Assembly: GCA_050734425.1 (NCBI GenBank)
Contig: JBOHUL010000021.1
Location: 140 to 64,139, forward strand
Origin: Candidatus Dormibacteria bacterium
GTDB lineage: Bacteria > Chloroflexota > Dormibacteria > Aeolococcales > Bog-877
Reading direction: 5' to 3'
Length of the DNA stretch: 64,000 nt
Of the stretch, positions 36,816-45,414 are shown piece after piece; the first letter of the stretch is position 1, and each line of letters starts with the position of its first letter. The translations under genes and the position numbers were made by a program. Below the pieces are notes generated by a model, which was given only the letters and a program-made list of their open reading frames with translations, made no database searches and was not told the origin of the DNA.

Positions 36816-37310
36816 ATGTCTGAAACCGACCAATTGCTGCAAAACAACCACGTCTATGCGGAGCAATTTCAAAGCTAAGCCCGCAGTCCCAGCCCCTCTC
36901 CCCAGGTCGCGGTCCTGGCCTGCATGGACTCCCGCCTCTTCATCGACCGCATCCTCGGTCTGAAGGAGGGGCAGGCGCACATCATCCGCAACGGCGGTGG
37001 CATCGTCACCGATGACGCCATCCGCTCGCTCCTCATCTCTCAGCGGCTTCTGGGCACGAAGGAGGTGATGCTGATCCACCACAGCCACTGCGGCATGCTC
37101 ACCTTCCGCGACGAGGAGGTGGAGGCCGCAATCGAGAGGGAGTCGGGCATCCGCCCTCCCTTCGCCCTGGGGGCGTTCGGCGACGTGTGGGCTGACGTGC
37201 GAGGCTCGATAGCGCGGATCCAGCAGAGCCCCTTCATCCCACACAAGGACAGCGTCCGCGGCTTCGTCTACGACGTGGCCACGGGCCTTTTAGACGAGGT
37301 CGGCCCCTGA
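36816..37310 (+). pseudogene. Beta-class carbonic anhydrase (Rv1284/CanA-like) interrupted by an in-frame TAA at 36876-36878
   Basis: ATG 36816 is preceded by a GAGGAG Shine-Dalgarno. The reading frame gives MSETDQLLQNNHVYAEQFQS-TAA-ARSPSPSPQVAVLACMDSRL...HHSHCGM...VRGFVYDVATG, all in one frame. The track ORF 36924..37310 begins one codon after the zinc-ligand Cys. Confidence 0.8.
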
Positions 37311-37341
37311 CGCAACTGGCTTCCCCCGGAGCGGGAGGGAC

Positions 37342-37647
37342 TCAGCCGACTGACGACTCGCGCCCGCTGCAGCTGGCGCAGGCCGTGGTCGTGGGGTCGT
37401 GGGCGAGGTCAGTCTGGGCAATCGGTCCCTGGCAGTCGTCGCAGCTGCCATAGGTGCCATCCTTGACCTTGCTCATGGCGGCCTCGACCTGGGCCAGAAG
37501 CCGGTGCAGGGTCTCGCCGTGGCGTCGATGCCGCTCCTTGTCCTCCGGCCCCAGGTGCGCCTCCTTCTGGAGGTGGATCTGGTATTTGGCGTCGATCTCC
37601 AGCTTCCTCGCTTCCAGCATCGCCCACGGGTCGTACAAGCCCATCAT
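37342..37647 (-). CDS. DksA/TraR-family C4 zinc-finger protein
   Basis: A coiled-coil N-terminus followed by GSCDDCQGPI...ACASC. 101 aa. Confidence 0.7.
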   Translation of the reverse strand: MMGLYDPWAMLEARKLEIDAKYQIHLQKEAHLGPEDKERHRRHGETLHRLLAQVEAAMSKVKDGTYGSCDDCQGPIAQTDLAHDPTTTACASCSGRESSVG

Positions 37648-37686
37648 GATCCTGCCCTCCTCATCTCACCTGGCTCTGGCGTCGGC

Positions 37687-38163
37687 TCAGCGCTCCTCCG
37701 GCACCAGCGACTCGGGCACCCCCACCACCCGGTAGGGCAGGTCGCTGATGTCGTAGTAGCGCACCGGCTTGCGCATGCGCTTGGCGATCCCCACCTGGAC
37801 CTTGAGGCCCAGGGAGAGGGCGCCGAAGACCCACATCTCCTCGCAGTGGGCGATGAGGTTGTTCATCGCCTCCCGCACCAGCTCCTTGGGGACCGTGTGG
37901 AGCAGGTAGTAGTCGAAGAGCATGAACGGCGTCACCGGCACCCGTCCCTCGTCGAGCACGAACTTGGTCAGCTGCTGCCGCCAGTAGAAGCAGCGGTTGC
38001 TCATGGCCACGTACACCAGCTGCTTGGGGCGGCGCAAGGTACGCTCCGCCTGCTCCGCCGGGCTGGCCCGGGGGGTGGGGGTGAAGATCAGCTCCAGGAT
38101 GTCGTCGGCAGTCCTGGGCTGGGCCTCGGCCGACGGCCCCTTCTCGGGGCGGAGCCGGCCCAT
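37687..38163 (-). CDS. Conserved hypothetical protein
   Basis: Coding-like block LVYVAMSNRCFYWRQQLTKFVLDEGRVPVTPFMLFDYYLL...CEEMWVFGALSLGLKVQVGIAKRMRKPVRYY. The start is set at ATG 38163. I did not recognise a family with confidence. Confidence 0.55.
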   Translation of the reverse strand: MGRLRPEKGPSAEAQPRTADDILELIFTPTPRASPAEQAERTLRRPKQLVYVAMSNRCFYWRQQLTKFVLDEGRVPVTPFMLFDYYLLHTVPKELVREAMNNLIAHCEEMWVFGALSLGLKVQVGIAKRMRKPVRYYDISDLPYRVVGVPESLVPEER

Positions 38164-38396
38164 GGCAGGGGGCGCCCGGTCCTCGGGGGTTGACGCACCG
38201 GGCGCGGCGCTGGCATCCAAGGCGTTACTCCCCCAACACGAACTCCGCCGAGTATAGCCGCCGTCAAGGGAAGGGAATTCGGAAGTTCTGACTTGACGCT
38301 TGGGCCAGGACGTACTACCGTCCCGAGGTGGGTGCACCACTTGGCGGTGGTGGGGGCCACCTCAATTCGGCGGTCGTTTCCGTGGGGAGGAGCTAT

Positions 38397-40430
38397 ATGC
38401 CCCGGTTGAGCGGTCGGTTACGCGTCTATGGTTTGGCCTCCGCGGTGGCGGTGGCGGCGATCGGCGTAGGGGCCGGGGGAGTTGCCGCAGCCGGGCCGGG
38501 CGTGACTCCCAGCCCGACACCGATGGTGGCCATAGCTGGCAGCCACCTCCCAGCGAACGCGCCGGCGACGGGCCCCCTCAGCACCTCGTCGATGACGGTC
38601 CAGGTGGTGCTGCAGCCGGCAAACAACTCCGGCTTGCAAAGTCTCCTGACCGAGCTCTACACGCCGGGGAGCTCACAATACGGCCGCTGGCTGGCTCAAG
38701 GACAGTTCCAGCGTGAGTTTGCTCCTGCCTCGTCGACGGTGGCGACGGTGGAGAGCTACCTCCAAAGCAAGGGGCTCGCGATCGAGTCCAGCCCGTCGCC
38801 CTACTTCGTCAGGGCCACCGGCAGCAGCGCCCAGGTGGAGGCGGCCTTCGCCACCCCGCTCGAGACCTACCGCAATTCCCAGGGGACCGCGTTCTTCTCC
38901 AACACCCAGGAGGTATCGGTGCCGGCCTCGCTGGCGGACGACGTCCTGGGCGTGGTCGGGCTGACCAACACCGTCCGGGCCCACAGCAGCTACGACCTGC
39001 CTGAGCACCACCATCAGCCGCCATCCAGCAAGTCCAGCTGTGAGACGCCTTATCCCACGGCCGAGCAGATCACTTCCGGGGCGGCGTTCCCCTATGGCTA
39101 CGGTGGTGGACCGGACTGCACCGGCCTCACCCCCTCTCAGACCAACAGCATGTACGACGCCCCCGAACAGGGCCCGCGCAGCCAGGGGGCAGGCGCCACG
39201 CTCGCGGTGTTCGAGCTCTCCGGCTACACCGAGTCCGACATCACCACATGGGCCCAGACCTTCTACGGGCGTGGGTACCATCCACGCCTGGTGAACGTCA
39301 ACGTCGACGGCGGTCCCCTGACCACCGCCTGCCCCACCGGCGACGCCTGCTTTCCCGGCTATAGCGGTGACGTGGAGGTGGATGCCGACCTGGAGCAGGA
39401 GCTCTCGCTGTCACCCGACATCTCGCGGATCTTGGTCTACAACGCCCCCAACGACTACCTCGGCCTGACCGAGCTCGACGAGTACAACCAGATCGCCCAG
39501 GACGACCAGGCGGACTCCATCAGCTCCAGCTGGGGCGAGTGCGAGGTCGACGCGGGCCAGAGTTATGCCCAGGCGGAGAACCTCATCTTTGAGCAGATGG
39601 CGGCCCAGGGGCAGAGCATGTTCGCGGCCGCCGGGGACACTGGCGCCTACGGCTGCATCCGTGACGGGATCGGCAGTCTGGACCAGTACGGGCTGCAGGT
39701 GGGCGACCCCGCCAGCCAACCCTGGGTGACCAGTGTCGGCGGAACCTCCTTCGAGAGCGACAACCCGGGAACCAACCCCCGGCCGAGCTACCCCCAAGGG
39801 GTGGAGTCGGTTTGGAACGTTGACGACCTCTGCAACGGGACGGCGACCGGGCTCAGCGACTGCGCCAGCAGCGGTGCCGGTGGCGGCGGCCACAGCATCT
39901 TCTGGGGCCGGCCCGCCTACCAACGCGGACCGGGGGTGAACAACCGCCAGACCGTCTATGGGCCGAGCAACTGCTCCCTGGCGGCGGGCGGACAGGCATG
40001 CCGTGAGGTGCCCGACGTTTCCGCCGACGCCGACGAGTACACGCCCTACACCGAGTATTGCACCAGTACCGCTCCCAGCAGCGCCTGCGCCTTCTATGAC
40101 AGCTACTTCGGCAGCGACTGGTTCGGCATCGGCGGCACCAGCCTCTCCTCGCCACTGTGGTCGGGGATCTTCGCCGACCGTGACGCCTACCAGGGATATC
40201 GCTCCGGCAACGCCAACTACCTGCTGTACGCGCTCTTCAACGACGGGTCTCAGTTCCGCGGTCAGCGGCGCGGCTTTGGCGGCAACTACACGTTCCACGA
40301 CATCACCGGATATCGGCAGTCGACCAACCAGAACGGCTATTACTACGTGACCCCCGGCTACGACCAGGCGACCGGGATCGGGACCCCGGACATCCGCGCC
40401 CTGGTCACCTCGTTCCGCGGCTACTACTGA
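38397..40430 (+). CDS. Secreted S53 (sedolisin/kumamolisin-like) serine peptidase with a pro-kumamolisin activation domain
   Basis: A GGAGGAG Shine-Dalgarno precedes ATG 38397. The protein has a signal-like N-terminus, a propeptide (LYTPGSSQYGRWLAQGQFQREFAP...VESYLQSKGL), and catalytic blocks (EVDADLEQ, AAAGDTGAY, GIGGTSLSSPLWSG). Confidence 0.85.
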   Translation: MPRLSGRLRVYGLASAVAVAAIGVGAGGVAAAGPGVTPSPTPMVAIAGSHLPANAPATGPLSTSSMTVQVVLQPANNSGLQSLLTELYTPGSSQYGRWLAQGQFQREFAPASSTVATVESYLQSKGLAIESSPSPYFVRATGSSAQVEAAFATPLETYRNSQGTAFFSNTQEVSVPASLADDVLGVVGLTNTVRAHSSYDLPEHHHQPPSSKSSCETPYPTAEQITSGAAFPYGYGGGPDCTGLTPSQTNSMYDAPEQGPRSQGAGATLAVFELSGYTESDITTWAQTFYGRGYHPRLVNVNVDGGPLTTACPTGDACFPGYSGDVEVDADLEQELSLSPDISRILVYNAPNDYLGLTELDEYNQIAQDDQADSISSSWGECEVDAGQSYAQAENLIFEQMAAQGQSMFAAAGDTGAYGCIRDGIGSLDQYGLQVGDPASQPWVTSVGGTSFESDNPGTNPRPSYPQGVESVWNVDDLCNGTATGLSDCASSGAGGGGHSIFWGRPAYQRGPGVNNRQTVYGPSNCSLAAGGQACREVPDVSADADEYTPYTEYCTSTAPSSACAFYDSYFGSDWFGIGGTSLSSPLWSGIFADRDAYQGYRSGNANYLLYALFNDGSQFRGQRRGFGGNYTFHDITGYRQSTNQNGYYYVTPGYDQATGIGTPDIRALVTSFRGYY

Positions 40431-40439
40431 GAATGGTGT

Positions 40440-40466
40440 GCCGGGGGCGGGCTACCCGCCCCCGGC
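40440..40466. terminator. Perfect 12-bp GC hairpin between convergent genes
   Basis: GCCGGGGGCGGG-cta-CCCGCCCCCGGC, 10 nt after the S53 stop. There is no T-tract, so it resembles the I-shaped terminators of high-GC genomes. Confidence 0.6.
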
Positions 40467-40507
40467 ACGGCCCGGACGGCACGAGCCCCACGCGGGGCAC
40501 GCGGCTC

Positions 40508-41245
40508 CTAAGTCATCCGGGCTCTCTCTGACCCGCCATCGGGCGGCTGTAGGGACGCCCGCACGAGCCTGCCGAGCGCCGTCAGGGCCTCCTCCAGCCG
40601 CAACTTGTGCTCCGGGTCGTTGAGCCAGCGGCTGGCCCCCGAGGGATGGGGCAGCGGCAGGAACAGCGGGCGGAGGCTGCTCCGGCCCGCCGCCTCCACG
40701 CTCCAGGGCTCACCGCCGGGGTCGAGCACCCGGCCCACCGCCCGCTCCATGGGGATAGGGCCTAGGAAGTGGGCCAAGGCCATCTGGCCCACCAGCAGCA
40801 CCAGCCAGGGATCGAGGATCTGCAGCTGCCGCGTCAAGAACGGCCGACAGAGCTCGGCCTCGACCCGGCTGGGCCGGCGGTCACCCCCGCCAGATGGGGC
40901 CGGGCCCGGAAAGCACTTGGTGATCGAGGTCAGGTAGACGCGCCGGCGGGCTTCCTCCTCCTGACCCAGGCCGGCGCGTTCTAGCCAGCGGAAGAGGATC
41001 CGGCCCGCGCGGCCGCTGAAGGGGCGGCCACTCCCCTCCTCCACCCGCCCGGGCGCCTGCCCCACCAGGACCAGCCGGGAGACGGTTGGCACCGCCAGTA
41101 CCGGGGCCGCCCGCTCCAGGGCCCCGGCCTCGACGCAGCGGTGACAGCCGGCGATACGCTGGTGCAGGGACCGCAAGCGACTGGCCGCAGAGGCGTTCCC
41201 GGAGAGGTCCCGCGTAAGGGATTCGTCCACCGGAAACGCGGTCAC
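40508..41245 (-). CDS. Uracil-DNA glycosylase superfamily protein (family 4/5-like)
   Basis: CHRC...LVLVGQAPGRVEEGSGRPFSGRAG...ITKCFP...PLPHPSGASRW. 245 aa. Confidence 0.8.
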   Translation of the reverse strand: MTAFPVDESLTRDLSGNASAASRLRSLHQRIAGCHRCVEAGALERAAPVLAVPTVSRLVLVGQAPGRVEEGSGRPFSGRAGRILFRWLERAGLGQEEEARRRVYLTSITKCFPGPAPSGGGDRRPSRVEAELCRPFLTRQLQILDPWLVLLVGQMALAHFLGPIPMERAVGRVLDPGGEPWSVEAAGRSSLRPLFLPLPHPSGASRWLNDPEHKLRLEEALTALGRLVRASLQPPDGGSERARMT

Positions 41246-41310
41246 TGAATGCTATCCTAGAGCCGTTCCGGTCGCCTTCTTGGCGACTTCCAACCCTACA
41301 GGTCTCGAGA

Positions 41311-41655
41311 ATGCCCCAGGGCTCTGACCCGCGCCGCCGTCCGGACCGCCAATCCAAAGATTCCGGCGCCTCGGTCCCGCCCTCCTGGTGGCAGGCGCTG
41401 TCGGAGCAGCGGCTCCCCAACGAGGGACCCCGGCCCAAGCGGCGCCGGGACTGGGGCGCGAGCCTGGAGCGCCTGGCTCAGCGGTTCGGAGCCGCTGCTG
41501 TGGCCCTGGCCGTTTGCGGCTTGGTCGTGGCCGTCAGCTTCGGCTACCAGGTGGTGGGTATCGCTCTCGGGGCTCTCTTGGTGGTATCCGTGGGTGGTGC
41601 CAGCCTGATCCACCGGAAGCGTGCCGGCCGCGGCGACCGGGCCTGGTGGCGCTGA
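41311..41655 (+). CDS. Hypothetical membrane protein
   Basis: A basic N-terminus followed by two hydrophobic helices (AAAVALAVCGLVVAVSFGYQVVGIALGALLVVSVGGASLI). No domain recognised. Confidence 0.4.
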   Translation: MPQGSDPRRRPDRQSKDSGASVPPSWWQALSEQRLPNEGPRPKRRRDWGASLERLAQRFGAAAVALAVCGLVVAVSFGYQVVGIALGALLVVSVGGASLIHRKRAGRGDRAWWR

Positions 41656-41743
41656 GCCCCTAGCCCCCCACCCGCTCGGAACGAGAATCCGGGCGGCGGA
41701 TGTCGTCGACGCTGGGCCGCGGCTGACGCCCCAGCGCCCGGGG

Positions 41744-42625
41744 TCAGCCCCAGTCGCCGGCCGGGTCTGGCACCTGGGGCAGGTCCTGGCTTGCCCGTGC
41801 CTCCTGCTCAGCGACCATGGCCCGGCGGTACGAGCGCTGGGAGGGATTGGGGACCAGATCGAAGAAGCGGTAGCTCTCCGCCATCTCCACCCCGGCCCGG
41901 CGGCCCTCCTCCCGGGCTCCCCTCTCCATCCCCTCGCGCATCTCGCCGGCATCGAACTGGCTATGGTGCTCCCCCAGCGCCGCCAGCTTGTGTTCCAGAT
42001 CCTGGGGCTGGATGGGGATGGCGATGTCGGGCTCGGCCGCCCCGACGAACACGAAGCGGACCTTGTGGGGCTGGAGCCCTTCGTCTTGGAGCAGCTCGGG
42101 AAAGGCCCGGGAGTCGCGGGCGCTGGGGAAGACCGCGTCCAGGGCGGCGGCACCCGCCGCCCGGTGGTCGGGGTGGTTGAGATAGCCCCGGCCGAACCAG
42201 AGGCTGGAGGGGTTCATGGTGAGAAGCGCCTCGGGTCGGAGCTGGCGGATGACCCTGACCAGGTCATGCCGGACCGCCAGCGTGTTCTCCAGCACCCCGT
42301 CGGGATAGCCGAGGCAGCGGACCTCGGTCACGCCCAGATGGAGGGCGGCCCGGCGCTGCTCCTCGAGACGGATGCGGCTGAGCTCGCCCCGGGGGATGGT
42401 GGGATCGTCGCTGCCGGCGTCGCCATCGGTGACCAGGCAGATGGCCCCCCGGCAGCCCTGGCGGGTCCAGGCGGAGAGCACCGACGCCGCCAGGAAGTCG
42501 CAGTCGTCGGGGTGGGCCACCACCACCAGGGCACTCTCGGGCACGTACTCGAAGAGCTCCAGCCCGGAGCCGGCGGCAGGCTCCGAGCCGTTGTCGGGGG
42601 CGGACGTCTGATCCTGAGCTGACAC
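41744..42625 (-). CDS. PIG-L/LmbE-family deacetylase
   Basis: LVVVAHPDDCDF...LVTDGDAGS...HPDH are the typical PIG-L metal-binding motifs. 293 aa. Confidence 0.8.
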   Translation of the reverse strand: MSAQDQTSAPDNGSEPAAGSGLELFEYVPESALVVVAHPDDCDFLAASVLSAWTRQGCRGAICLVTDGDAGSDDPTIPRGELSRIRLEEQRRAALHLGVTEVRCLGYPDGVLENTLAVRHDLVRVIRQLRPEALLTMNPSSLWFGRGYLNHPDHRAAGAAALDAVFPSARDSRAFPELLQDEGLQPHKVRFVFVGAAEPDIAIPIQPQDLEHKLAALGEHHSQFDAGEMREGMERGAREEGRRAGVEMAESYRFFDLVPNPSQRSYRRAMVAEQEARASQDLPQVPDPAGDWG

Positions 42626-42648
42626 CTACACCCGGTATCCTGCCAGCC

Positions 42649-43521
42649 GTGGGCCCCACCAGGCGAAGCCGCACCTGGATCGCGACCTTCTCCATCGTCG
42701 CCAGCGACGGGCTCGATTGGGGGGTGGCGGTCGCCTCCAAGTTCCTTTCTGTGGGCAGCGCCGTCCCGGCGGCCCGGGCCGGGATGGGGGCGCTGGCGAC
42801 CCAGGCGTTGGCCAACACCGGCTACAAGGACCGGGGTCTGGCGCTGCTGGAGTCGGGTCGACCGGCCAGTGAGGTGGTGGAGGCACTCACCGGTGACGAC
42901 GAGGGTCGGGAGCTCCGCCAGCTGGGGGTGGTCGACCGCCACGGCCAGGCCGCCACCTACACCGGCTCAGAGTGCTTCGAGTGGGCCGGAGGGCGGACCG
43001 GCCGGAGCTGCGCCTGCCAGGGCAACATCCTTTTCGGGCCCGAGGTGGTAGACGCCATGCTGGCCGAATTCGAGGCCAGCTCTGGGGAGCTGCTCGACCG
43101 CCTGATGAGCGCGCTTCGAGCCGGCGACAGCGCTGGCGGCGACCGCCGGGGCAGGCAGTCGGCGGCGCTGCTCGTCGTCCGCCAGGGCGGCGGCTACGGC
43201 GGTTTCGACGACCGCATGGTGGACCTCCGGGTCGAGGACCACCCCACCCCGATCCCCGAGCTCGACCGCATTCTCGACCTCTGGCGGCTTCACTTCCAGA
43301 AGGTCAAGCCAGAGCAGCTGCTGCCGGTGGACCAAGCGATGCTGGATCGGATCCGGCGGGCCCTGCAGCGAGCAGGCCGGTTGCCAGCGGGTGAAGACGG
43401 GGAGACGGTCTGGCCCGCCTTCGAGGCCTGGGTGGGAGAAGAGAACTTCGAAGAGCGGCTCGGGTCGCGCCAGGGAGTGGATCCTCTGCTGCTGGCTCGC
43501 CTGGAGGGGCTGGGACAGTAG
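42649..43521 (+). CDS. DUF1028-family (Ntn-hydrolase-like) protein
   Basis: TFSIVASDGLDWGVAVASKFLSVGSAVPAARAGMGALATQA is the typical DUF1028 N-terminus. A helical C-terminal extension follows. Confidence 0.75.
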   Translation: MGPTRRSRTWIATFSIVASDGLDWGVAVASKFLSVGSAVPAARAGMGALATQALANTGYKDRGLALLESGRPASEVVEALTGDDEGRELRQLGVVDRHGQAATYTGSECFEWAGGRTGRSCACQGNILFGPEVVDAMLAEFEASSGELLDRLMSALRAGDSAGGDRRGRQSAALLVVRQGGGYGGFDDRMVDLRVEDHPTPIPELDRILDLWRLHFQKVKPEQLLPVDQAMLDRIRRALQRAGRLPAGEDGETVWPAFEAWVGEENFEERLGSRQGVDPLLLARLEGLGQ

Positions 43522-43644
43522 CGCTGACGGCCGGGCCCGGCCCTGCGGGACGAGCCGAACTCCCAGTCGGCGGCCAAAGCCGCGGCCACTACACCCCCAC
43601 CTGCTTTGGCGAGTACCGAGCAACCGGAGATGAGGGAGATGGTC

Positions 43645-44308
43645 ATGCCCCAGGCAGCAGAGTCCGGGCGTCCCGATACAAGCGACATGCTCATGATCCA
43701 CGGCGTGTTCCGCAGCGAGCTGGCGGCCACCCCGGCGCGGATCACCGGAGTTGATGAGGAAGATGGCGGGCAGCCGACCCTGATCGCCGACCACTACGGC
43801 TTCATCCTCCACGTGCTGGAGGTCCACGACAAGGCGAGGACGAGCTGCTCTGGCCCAAGCTCAAGCAGCGGGCGGCGGGGCACCTCCAGGTCGTGGACCG
43901 CATGGAGATGGAGCACCAGGAGATCCACCTGGCGCTGCCCGCGGCCGAGTCGGCGCGGGCCCGGTGGGGAGCTGCTCGTGGGTCCGACTCGGGCGAGGCA
44001 CTGGTGCAGGCGCTGGAGCGGCTCCGCCTGGTGCTCGACCGCCACCTGGGCGAGGCGGAGCTGGAGGTCCTGCCCCTGGCCGCGGAGCACCTCAGCGTCG
44101 AGGAGTGGCAGGAGCTGGGGCGTCACGGCATGTCCGCGGTATCGGAGCACTGGCTACCGGTGGCGCTGGGCCTTTTGCTGCAGAACCTGCCTCCGGACGC
44201 CCGGGGGGCTCTTTGGGCAGCATGCCGCCGCCCGTCGCAGCCGGTTGGGCCAATGGCGGCGAGCGCGCCTTCGACGACTACATGAGTTCCCTGGCGGAGC
44301 GCACCTGA
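43645..44308 (+). pseudogene. Hemerythrin-domain protein with a 1-nt frameshift near 43833 and probably a second at the G6 run 44203-44208
   Basis: Frame A reads ...DMLMIHGVFRSEL...ILHVLEVHDK. Frame B, starting one nucleotide back, reads GEDELLWPKLKQRAAGHLQVVDRMEMEHQEIH...LDRHLGEAELEVLPLAAEHLSVEEWQELG. Together they rebuild the H..(E/D)..LWP and H..E hemerythrin motifs. Confidence 0.7.
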
Positions 44309-44311
44309 GCC

Positions 44312-45361
44312 TCACTTCGGGCCAGGTCGCCCGCCTCGGGCCAGGTCGCCCGCCTCGGGGGAACCCCGGGCCAGCTCCCAGGCCTGGCGGATTGAGACTG
44401 GGATCCTGCCCCGCGGAGCAATGGGGAGGCCCCGGGCCCCGGCCCAAGCTCTGATCTCCGCTGGAGTCGGTCCGTCCCCATCTCGGACCGGCCGCTCGGG
44501 CATCACGTGGGCGCCGATGCGCTCGATGGCGGCGGGCTCGGCCGTGGCCCAGGCCTGCGCCAAGGCGAGGTAGTGGCGGGTCCATTCCTCGGCCAGGGAT
44601 CGGGTCTCGCAGAAGACGATGGGAATGGTGGGCCAGCGGATCTGGCACTCGGCGATGCCATCGGCCACCAGGCTCGGGCGAACCCATTCCTGCTTGAAGA
44701 GCCGAGAGTAGCGGTCCTCGACCACCACGGCGGCACGGGGGACCGTGGCCAGCTCGCCCAGGGCATAGCGGAGCCGGCCGCTGGTCAGGCTGGAGAGCAG
44801 GTCCGCCAGCGACTTGCGCTCGACGACTGCGACCAACGCTCCGGCCAGGATCAGCCCGTAGTCGCCACAGGGAAGTGCCCGTCTGACGGTGCGCACCTGC
44901 TGGTTGGCGAAGCGGTAGGGGTAGCGTTCATGGGCGTCCACCGTGATCTCCAGCTCTTTGATGCCCGCCGCCCGGGCGTTGGGTAGGCCGACCGCTGGGC
45001 GGGCCTGCCTGCGGGTGCGGGGCGATTGCCAGAAGACCGCGTCCCGTCCCCGGACCTGGGTGAACACCAGCTGCGAGCGGTTCTCCCGCGACCGAGCCGC
45101 CACCAGGTCGATGGCCGCTCCACGACGGGCGCAGGCTCGCAACGGCACACGTTCGATCACCTCGGCCGTCTCCGGCCACTCGTCAAGCGGCACCGGATGA
45201 CAGTAGAGGGCATTGGTGCGTGGCCACGTGGCTGAGGTGCGCAGGACGAGTCCCTCGCCCAGCGGCACCCGCATCAGATAGGCGAGCCGGGACCCAGGGA
45301 CGGGGTTGGCGACGATGAGCAGCTCCTTCGTCACCGTCAGATGCCAGCCTCCCTTGGCCAA
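44312..45361 (-). CDS. ERCC4-type (PD-(D/E)xK) nuclease domain protein with a C-terminal Lsr2-like DNA-binding module
   Basis: The nuclease core is LPCGDYGL...AVVERKSLADLLSSLTSGRLRYAL...VVVEDRY (GDY...ERK motif, aa ~160-220). The tail TPAEIRAWAGARGLPIAPRGRIPVSIRQAWELA (aa 298-332, nt 44366-44470) parallels the Lsr2 C-terminal IREWA...G...RGRIP...Y motif. The first ~130 aa are unassigned. Confidence 0.75.
   Translation of the reverse strand: MAKGGWHLTVTKELLIVANPVPGSRLAYLMRVPLGEGLVLRTSATWPRTNALYCHPVPLDEWPETAEVIERVPLRACARRGAAIDLVAARSRENRSQLVFTQVRGRDAVFWQSPRTRRQARPAVGLPNARAAGIKELEITVDAHERYPYRFANQQVRTVRRALPCGDYGLILAGALVAVVERKSLADLLSSLTSGRLRYALGELATVPRAAVVVEDRYSRLFKQEWVRPSLVADGIAECQIRWPTIPIVFCETRSLAEEWTRHYLALAQAWATAEPAAIERIGAHVMPERPVRDGDGPTPAEIRAWAGARGLPIAPRGRIPVSIRQAWELARGSPEAGDLARGGRPGPK
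44318..44355. repeat. Perfect 19-bp tandem duplication (cgggccaggtcgcccgcct x2, plus 4-5 nt of a third copy)
   Basis: Read directly at 44318-44336 and 44337-44355. It lies inside the last codons of the minus-strand nuclease gene, and the unit length is not a multiple of 3. Confidence 0.9.
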
Positions 45362-45414
45362 AGCTCACTAAGGTCCTGATCGCAGGCTTGTCGCATCCCC
45401 TACTGTGGTCCGGA

